A stretch of DNA of 64,000 nucleotides from Pedobacter sp. (GTDB taxonomy: Bacteria > Desulfobacterota > Desulfuromonadia > Desulfuromonadales > Syntrophotaleaceae): positions 640,725 to 704,724 of the forward strand of contig JBFWJC010000002.1 in the NCBI GenBank assembly GCA_050253415.1. The letters run 5' to 3'. The notes beneath the pieces are model-generated. The model saw only the letters and a program-made list of their open reading frames with translations, made no database searches and had not been told where the DNA came from. Numbering within the stretch: position 1 is the stretch's first letter; every line of letters begins with the position of its first letter. A program made the translations under genes and the position numbers. Below are positions 57,615-64,000 of this stretch, one piece after another.

Positions 57615-57741
57615 GCGGGAATTTCCTGAACCCACCAGACCCTCCGGATAAACGGGCCCCTTGGGCCGCTGGTCCCATGACAGAACCTTCATCTGGTGTA
57701 GAATGTTTTAGAGAAGGCATGCAATTCACAGGAGGAACGGT

Positions 57742-58221
57742 ATGGAAAAACAGGCCTTTCAGGATTTGATACCCGATAATTTTTGCTATGGCTGCGGTCC
57801 CGGCAACTCCCAGGGGCTGCGGCTCAAAAGTTACTGGGAAGGCGAATTGTCGGTAGCAACCTTTAGTCCGCAACCGTTTCACGCCGCCGGTCCCAGGCAC
57901 GTTCTGAACGGAGGCATCATCGCTACCATCATCGATTGTCACTGCATCTGCACCGCCATTGCCGATGCCTATCGTCGCCAGCAGCGGGCCATCGGTTCCG
58001 AGCCTGGGATCTGGTATGCGACGGCCTCCCTGCATATCGACTATCTGCGACCGGCTCCTATCCGCCAGGCGGTAACCATGCACGCGCGCATTCTTGATGC
58101 GGGGCCGAAAAAAACCCGACTCAGCTGCGTTTTGTCGGACGGCTCGGAGGAGTACGCCAAGGCCGAGGTGCTGGCGGTACGGGTTTCCGATGCCTGGCGG
58201 CAAGGAGACGCCAGGATGTAA
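57742..58221 (+). CDS. PaaI/hotdog-fold thioesterase
   Basis: CYGCGP.N..GL, NGGIIATIIDCH, TASLHIDYLRP; AGGAGG RBS. Confidence 0.85.
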   Translation: MEKQAFQDLIPDNFCYGCGPGNSQGLRLKSYWEGELSVATFSPQPFHAAGPRHVLNGGIIATIIDCHCICTAIADAYRRQQRAIGSEPGIWYATASLHIDYLRPAPIRQAVTMHARILDAGPKKTRLSCVLSDGSEEYAKAEVLAVRVSDAWRQGDARM

Positions 58222-58319
58222 CTATTTTGGACGTAAAGGTTTTTTTTTCGCGGCTGCGCGTGAAAAGAAGGGCGATTTTTTCCCTTAGCGAAGTGGCGAA
58301 ACCAAGGAAGGAGCGATCC

Positions 58320-59495
58320 ATGTCCGAAAAAATCGTCCTTCTCAGCGCGGTACGTACTGCAATTGGCAGGTTTGGCGGTACCCTGAGAGAAATCCCGGCT
58401 CCCCGGCTCGGCGCCGCGGTGATCGAACAGGCCGTGGCACGGTCCGGCCTTCTCAGCAGCCAGGTGGACGAGGTCATTATGGGTAACGTGCTGTCCGCGG
58501 GGCTGGGACAGAATCCGGCCAGGCAAGCGGCCATGGTTGCCGGTATCCCGGTGGCGGTTGGAGCGGTTACCGTGAACATGGTCTGCGGTTCCGGGCTCAA
58601 GGCGGTTCTGCTGGCGGCTCAGGCGATAAAGGCCGGCGATGCCAGTGTGATCGTGGCTGGCGGGATGGAGAATATGAGCGCGGCTCCGCATCTGCTGGAT
58701 GGAATGCGCTGGGGGCTCAGAGCCGGGGATGCGCAGTTGGTCGATTCCTTGCTGCACGATGGTTTGCTCGACGCTTTTCATAAAATCCGCATGGGGCAGA
58801 CCGGGGAGCGCATTGCCCGCAAATATGGTCTGACCCGGCAGGAGGCGGATGCTTTCAGCCTGAGAAGCCAGCAACTCGCGGCCAAGGCGCAACGAGAAGG
58901 GGCCTTCGATCGGGAGATTGTGCCGGTGTCGGTGGCCGGCGTGGATTTTGCCACGGACGAATGCGTGAGGGAGGATATGACTCTGGCACGGTTGGCGAAG
59001 CTGGCGCCCGCTTTTGCCGAAAACGGCGTGCTGACGGCCGGCAACAGCTCCCAGATCAGCGATGGCGCCGCAGCGCTGGTTGTGGCATCAGCGGGCCGAA
59101 GCGCGGAACTGAATCTGCTTCCGCTGGCCGAAATCGTCCATTATGCGGAGGCCGGAACCGCACCGGACGATGTGATGGAAGCACCGATCCCCGCAGTCAG
59201 GAAACTGCTGGCTGAAACCGGTCTCAGCATGGCCGATATCGATCTGGTGGAGCACAATGAGGCGTTTTCCGTCGCCTCGTTGGCGGTGGCGGGAGAACTG
59301 GGAATCGAAATGCAAAAATTCAACGTGCGCGGTGGGGCTGTGGCCTTGGGACACCCCATCGGGGCCAGCGGCGCCAGGATAGTGGTCACCTTGCTGCATG
59401 CCCTGCAGGCGCAGGGGCTGAAAAGAGGTCTGGCAACTCTGTGTATGGGTGGCGGTAACGGCCTGGCGATACTTATCGAGCGAACCGGAGGGTAA
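58320..59495 (+). CDS. Acetyl-CoA C-acyltransferase (classical thiolase)
   Basis: NMVCGSG nucleophile, NEAF, GHPIGASG, LCMGGG. Confidence 0.95.
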   Translation: MSEKIVLLSAVRTAIGRFGGTLREIPAPRLGAAVIEQAVARSGLLSSQVDEVIMGNVLSAGLGQNPARQAAMVAGIPVAVGAVTVNMVCGSGLKAVLLAAQAIKAGDASVIVAGGMENMSAAPHLLDGMRWGLRAGDAQLVDSLLHDGLLDAFHKIRMGQTGERIARKYGLTRQEADAFSLRSQQLAAKAQREGAFDREIVPVSVAGVDFATDECVREDMTLARLAKLAPAFAENGVLTAGNSSQISDGAAALVVASAGRSAELNLLPLAEIVHYAEAGTAPDDVMEAPIPAVRKLLAETGLSMADIDLVEHNEAFSVASLAVAGELGIEMQKFNVRGGAVALGHPIGASGARIVVTLLHALQAQGLKRGLATLCMGGGNGLAILIERTGG

Positions 59496-59497
59496 AC

Positions 59498-60346
59498 ATG
59501 ACGATCAGAAACATCACGGTCATCGGGGCCGGTACCATGGGTACCGGTATTGCCCGGGCCGCTGCCACCAGCGGCTTTGCCGTGGCTCTGGTGGACCGCA
59601 GCGAAGCCAAAGCCACCAGCGGCTTGAATCGGATCCGCAGCGGTCTGGAAAAACAGGTTGCGAAGAACATCATGGATGGCGCAGAAAAAGATGCTGTGCT
59701 CGCCCGGATCGGGATCTGCTGCAGCCTGGATGACTGCCGGGAGACGGATCTGGTGATTGAAGCGGTGGCCGAAAAAGAAGGGGTTAAAAAAGAAATATTC
59801 CAGGCCCTGGATGCACTTTGTCCCAAGCATACCATCTTCGCCAGCAATACTTCCTCCATCTCTATCACGCGTCTTGCCGGAGCCACCGGTCGCCCGGACC
59901 GTTTTGTCGGCATGCATTTCATGAATCCGGCCCACGTCATGAAGCTGGTAGAGGTGGTTACCGGGCTGCTCACCTCGGCGGAAACCGTCAGCGCCATCCG
60001 TACGGTGGCTGAGACGATGCACAAGACCGCGTTGGTGGTGGCCGATTCGCCCGGTTTTGTCGTCAATCGAGTATTGATGCCGATGATCAACGAGGCTATC
60101 GCCTGCCTGCAGGAAGACATAGCCTCCCGCGATGACATCGATGCGGTCATGAAGCTCGGCGCCCATCACCCCATGGGGCCTCTGGAACTGGCGGATTTCA
60201 TCGGACTCGATGTCTGCTTGGAAATCCTCAAGGTCCTGCATGCCGAACTGGGCGAAAAATACCGGCCCGGAACCCTGCTGCGCAACATGGTTGCCGCCGG
60301 CAAGCTGGGCCGCAAAAGCGGCACAGGCTTTTATGATTACGATTGA
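59498..60346 (+). CDS. 3-hydroxybutyryl/3-hydroxyacyl-CoA dehydrogenase
   Basis: GAGTMG, ASNTSS, GMHFMNP, PGFVVNR, PMGPL.LAD.IGLD. Confidence 0.95.
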   Translation: MTIRNITVIGAGTMGTGIARAAATSGFAVALVDRSEAKATSGLNRIRSGLEKQVAKNIMDGAEKDAVLARIGICCSLDDCRETDLVIEAVAEKEGVKKEIFQALDALCPKHTIFASNTSSISITRLAGATGRPDRFVGMHFMNPAHVMKLVEVVTGLLTSAETVSAIRTVAETMHKTALVVADSPGFVVNRVLMPMINEAIACLQEDIASRDDIDAVMKLGAHHPMGPLELADFIGLDVCLEILKVLHAELGEKYRPGTLLRNMVAAGKLGRKSGTGFYDYD

Positions 60347-60405
60347 GAGGCGGATAAATCGGAATCGTAAGCTGCTCCCGATGAATGGATAAAACAGTGG
60401 GAACA

Positions 60406-61440
60406 ATGTCCAGACGGTTGTTTCTCTGGCTGACGGCGGCCGCCGTGTTTCTACTGACCTTTCGGAGTTCCGTGGCCGGCGACCTGCTGTTTTTTCGACC
60501 CTCGCGCCGGGAGAAACCCCGGGTTCCGGAGGATCGGTTTGTTTCGGAGGGAAAGGCTCTGGTGGGGGTGGCCGGCGGCAGCGAGCCGTTTGAGGATCGT
60601 ATCCGCCGGGCTGTCGATCTTATCGGCGGTTTCGAACGGCTGAACATCCGCGGCAGGACCGTGCTGGTCAAGCCGAATGTGGTCTCCGGAAATCCCAGTC
60701 CGACCACCACCAGCCCTGAGGTCGTGGCGGCGGTGGTGCGTCTGCTGTACGCCCAGGGAGCTCGTCAGGTGGTGGTGGGTGACATGTCGGCTCTGTTATC
60801 CCGGGCCACGCTGGAAAATATGCAACGTTGCGGTATCAGACAGGCGGCGGAACAAGCCGGCGCCAAGGTGGTGGCCTTCGAGGATTTCGACTGGGTCGAG
60901 GTGCCGTTGCCCGATGGCCGTTACCTGAAAAAAGCCTTGGTCTCCGAATGGCTTTATCGGGTAGATATTATCGTCAACCTGCCGGTGGTCAAGACTCACC
61001 GTTCCGCATCCTATACCATCTGCCTGAAGAACTTTATCGGATGTACCCATTTTCGTCAGCGCCCTTATCTGGTCGACCGCCGTCATTGGGAGGAACTGGT
61101 GGCCGAATTCAACCTGGCCTGTCGCCCGGACCTGAATATTGTCGATGCCACCACGACCATGATCGAAGGCGGACCCTGGGAGGGAACCTCCGCTCCCACC
61201 GGGCTTATCATCGCCAGCGGGGATCGGGTGGCTGCCGACATTGTCGGGCTTGGCCTGATCCGTTCCTTCGGCCGCTGGCAGCCGGTAACCGAAAAGGGGG
61301 TCTGGGAGCAGCGGCAGGTTCAACATGCCCTGATCCTTGGCCTGGGACGGGGCAGGGATGGAATCACGCTGCGCAGCACGGACGGAGATGCGAAATTTCA
61401 GGAACTGATGTCCGCCGTGCGGAGGGAAACCGGACTTTGA
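60406..61440 (+). CDS. DUF362-domain protein with a possible Tat signal
   Basis: SRRLFL leader; VLVKPN, NLPVVKTH, LKNFIG, D.VAAD; start could be 60385. Confidence 0.8.
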   Translation: MSRRLFLWLTAAAVFLLTFRSSVAGDLLFFRPSRREKPRVPEDRFVSEGKALVGVAGGSEPFEDRIRRAVDLIGGFERLNIRGRTVLVKPNVVSGNPSPTTTSPEVVAAVVRLLYAQGARQVVVGDMSALLSRATLENMQRCGIRQAAEQAGAKVVAFEDFDWVEVPLPDGRYLKKALVSEWLYRVDIIVNLPVVKTHRSASYTICLKNFIGCTHFRQRPYLVDRRHWEELVAEFNLACRPDLNIVDATTTMIEGGPWEGTSAPTGLIIASGDRVAADIVGLGLIRSFGRWQPVTEKGVWEQRQVQHALILGLGRGRDGITLRSTDGDAKFQELMSAVRRETGL

Positions 61441-61482
61441 CGGTACTTTCAAGACCTCCCGCGCCTACCGGGTAATGCCCTT

Positions 61483-61530
61483 TTGACAGGGCAACAAAGC
61501 TCTTTATACTTGTAAATACAGCAGTATTTA
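61483..61530 (+). promoter_or_regulatory. Sigma70 promoter with downstream palindrome
   Basis: TTGACA (61483)-N16-TATACT (61505), then TAAATAC-N4-GTATTTA at 61513-61530. Confidence 0.6.
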
Positions 61531-61625
61531 ATTAATTGACAACGCCGGGATAATCAGTGCGGGGATGCCCCGTCAGTTCCTCCTCTTTGTGGATGCTTAC
61601 ATCGGACGTGATTGGAGGTTATGCC

Positions 61626-62771
61626 GTGGAATTCGGGTTGACGGACGAGCAGACGGCTTTGCAGCGCAAGGCCAGGGAATTTGCCGAAAAAGAGCTCTTG
61701 CCGGGGGTTGAACGACGTGACCGGGAGGGGGAGTTCCCCGGCGATGCCCTAAAAAAGCTGGGACAGCTGGGATTGATGGGGCTGGTTTTTCCATCGGAAT
61801 ACGGCGGCTGCGGCCGGGACTTTTTGAGCTATACCCTCGTCGTGGAGGAATTGGCACGTGTCGATGCCAGTGTGGCCATCACTCTGCTGGCCCATACCCT
61901 GTGCGCATCCCATATCCTGACTTTCGGCACGGAGCAACAGAAACGGCAATTTGTCACGCCCCTGGCCCGGGGAGAAGTAATCGGTGCCTGGGCTCTGACC
62001 GAACCTGAGGGGGGCAGTGACGCTGCGGCGCTCAAAACCCGAGCCGTTAAAGTGGCCGACGGGTGGCGACTGAGCGGCAACAAATATTTCATCACCAACG
62101 GCTCCCGCGCCGACATCATGGTGGTGATGGCTTCCTCCGATCCCTCGCAGGGCGCCAGGGCCATTTCCGCGTATGTCGTCGAGGGCAACCCCGCCGGGCT
62201 CAGGCGGGGCAATAACCTTCTCAAGCTTGGCTTTCAGTCCAGCGACACGACGGCCCTTCTCTTCAAGGAGGTATCGGTGCCGGGTGACCGGCGCCTGGGC
62301 GAAGACGGCCAGGGTTTCGCCCAGGCCATGACGGTGCTCGATGCCGGTCGCATCGGTCTGGCGGCGATGGCAGTGGGGATCGCTCGCGGTTGTCTTGAAC
62401 AGAGTCTGCGTTACGCCAAAAAACGTCAGGCGTTTGGCAAGCCGATCGCCGATTTCCAGGCCATTCAGGGCATGCTGGCCGATATGGCTACCGAGATCGA
62501 CGCGGCCCGCCTGCTGTTGCGGCGCGCGGCAGAACTCAAGGAAGCTGGGCGGCCGTACACCCGGGAGGCGGGCATGGCCAAGCTGTTTGCCTCGGAAACG
62601 GTCATGCGCGCGGGGATCAAGGCGGTACAGATTCACGGGGGACATGGCTATACCCGAGCCCATCCGGTGGAACGGTTCTTTCGGGAAGCCAAACTTTGTG
62701 AAATCGGCGAGGGGACATCGGAGATCCAGCGCATGGTCATCGCGCGGGAGTTGTTGAAAAAAGCAGAGTGA
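61626..62771 (+). CDS. Acyl-CoA dehydrogenase
   Basis: [59 protein letters not shown] and GTG. Confidence 0.95.
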   Translation: MEFGLTDEQTALQRKAREFAEKELLPGVERRDREGEFPGDALKKLGQLGLMGLVFPSEYGGCGRDFLSYTLVVEELARVDASVAITLLAHTLCASHILTFGTEQQKRQFVTPLARGEVIGAWALTEPEGGSDAAALKTRAVKVADGWRLSGNKYFITNGSRADIMVVMASSDPSQGARAISAYVVEGNPAGLRRGNNLLKLGFQSSDTTALLFKEVSVPGDRRLGEDGQGFAQAMTVLDAGRIGLAAMAVGIARGCLEQSLRYAKKRQAFGKPIADFQAIQGMLADMATEIDAARLLLRRAAELKEAGRPYTREAGMAKLFASETVMRAGIKAVQIHGGHGYTRAHPVERFFREAKLCEIGEGTSEIQRMVIARELLKKAE

Positions 62772-62838
62772 GGGGGCAAGGTCAGTTCCAGAGTCCAAAG
62801 TCCAAGGGACCAGAGACGACATAAAGGAGGGTAGCCAA

Positions 62839-64000
62839 ATGCGGCCAGTTTATATGATCTCGGGGGGGATTACCCGCTTTGCCAAAGCCCATCCGGAGAA
62901 GGATTTCCGGGTGATGGTGAAAGAGGCCTTCGATTATGCCATGGCGGATGTTCCCGCCCTGACCAGGGCGGATATCGACGGCAGTGTCTGTTCCTATTTT
63001 TCCGATCACTTCACTCGCCAGCTCAAGGCCGGGGCCATGGTGCAGGATTATCTCGGCTTGTGCCCCAAGCCGTCCCGCCGTATCGAGGGCGGTGGCGCCA
63101 CCGGCGGTCTGTGTCTGCAAAGTGCCTGGGAGGCGATAGCCTCGGGACGCATGGAGGTCTGCCTGGCCATGGGTTTCGAAACCATGAGCCGGGTCAATAC
63201 CTGGAAAGGCAACGAGTTCATCGCCCTGGCCTCGGACACCAATTTCGATTTTCCGGTGGGCGGGTTTTATACCGGCTATTACGCCATGATGGTGCGGCGC
63301 CATATGCACGAATTCGGCACCACCGTCGAGCAGATGGCCAAAGTGGCGGTGAAGAACCACATCAACGCCCTGCATAATCCTTACGCCCAGAGCCCGGCGC
63401 GGCTGACAGTGGAACAGGTGCGTTCCTCGCCCATGGTCGCCAGCCCCCTGACCATTCTCGATTGCTGCCAGATGTCCGATGGTGCGGCGGTGGCGCTGCT
63501 GGCTTCCGAAGCGCAGGTGGAGAAACTGGGCGTGCCGGCGGTACGCATCAGCGGGGTGGGTTGCGGTACCGACGCCATGCGCATGGCCGATCGCCCGCAT
63601 GGCAAAGTGCCCCTGCTGCCCCACGAGAATGCCGAGGACTACCTTGGTCTCAAATATCCCGGCGTCCATTCCTTTCGCGGCGGCCGTAACGCAGCCGCGC
63701 TGGCTTACCGCATGGCCGGCATCACCGACCCCGGCCGGCAGCTCGATTTTGTGGAGCTGCACGACGCCTATACCTCCTCGGAAATCCAGACCTACGAGGA
63801 TCTGGGGTTATGCCGTTACGGGGAAGGCGGCAGCTACGTCGACGCCGGAGCGCCGTTTTTGCCGGACATCGACTACGGGCTGGAGTTTCCCGGCGATCAC
63901 CGCTGGCCGCGCCTGCCGGTCAATCCCTCCGGCGGTCTGCTGGCCTGCGGCCACCCGGTAGGGGCCACCGGTCTGATGCAGGCGGTGCTGGCATTCTGGC
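62839..64000 (+). CDS. Thiolase-domain protein of archaeal/SCP2 type lacking the usual nucleophilic Cys (runs off window end)
   Basis: Not in the ORF track. AAGGAGG then ATG 62839 gives MRPVYMISGG...RIEGGGATGG...KNH.NA..NPYAQ...SDGAA...ELHDAY...NPSGGLLACGHPVGATG, open to the window end. Confidence 0.88.
   Translation, partial: MRPVYMISGGITRFAKAHPEKDFRVMVKEAFDYAMADVPALTRADIDGSVCSYFSDHFTRQLKAGAMVQDYLGLCPKPSRRIEGGGATGGLCLQSAWEAIASGRMEVCLAMGFETMSRVNTWKGNEFIALASDTNFDFPVGGFYTGYYAMMVRRHMHEFGTTVEQMAKVAVKNHINALHNPYAQSPARLTVEQVRSSPMVASPLTILDCCQMSDGAAVALLASEAQVEKLGVPAVRISGVGCGTDAMRMADRPHGKVPLLPHENAEDYLGLKYPGVHSFRGGRNAAALAYRMAGITDPGRQLDFVELHDAYTSSEIQTYEDLGLCRYGEGGSYVDAGAPFLPDIDYGLEFPGDHRWPRLPVNPSGGLLACGHPVGATGLMQAVLAFW

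Overview
A 64-kb chromosomal window from a GC-rich anaerobic bacterium. Gene content (multiheme NapC-like cytochrome, flavodiiron protein, tRNA-Arg(UCG), PEP synthase with PpsR) suggests a Desulfuromonadales/Geobacter-Pelobacter-like deltaproteobacterium; this is inference. In order it holds: cytochrome c genes; small enzymes; a compact stand-alone flagellar operon encoding only distal axial parts (fliD-flgD-orf-flgE-flgN-flgK-flgL) behind a candidate sigma28 promoter; a three-SBP-domain hybrid kinase with an HD-GYP regulator; a repeat-rich autotransporter; rhomboid, cfa, fprA and yqjD-like genes; tRNA-Arg followed by a patchy accessory region; a lat operon; suhB-ppsR, mltB, ppsA; larE-cysK; a decayed ars locus; and an acyl-CoA metabolism cluster cut by the window end. 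The two most notable signals are (1) a translationally coupled operon of lysine 6-aminotransferase, an FAD-linked 2-hydroxyacid dehydrogenase and an unannotated protein with DUF1338/HglS-like metal motifs, suggesting a lysine-to-2-hydroxyglutarate route in an anaerobe, and (2) two direct copies of a 57-bp hairpin bracketing an AT-rich two-lipoprotein cassette, where all six stem substitutions keep pairing on one strand as G-T wobbles. No CRISPR array, integrase or transposase was seen. All family assignments are by-eye motif recognition, not database searches.
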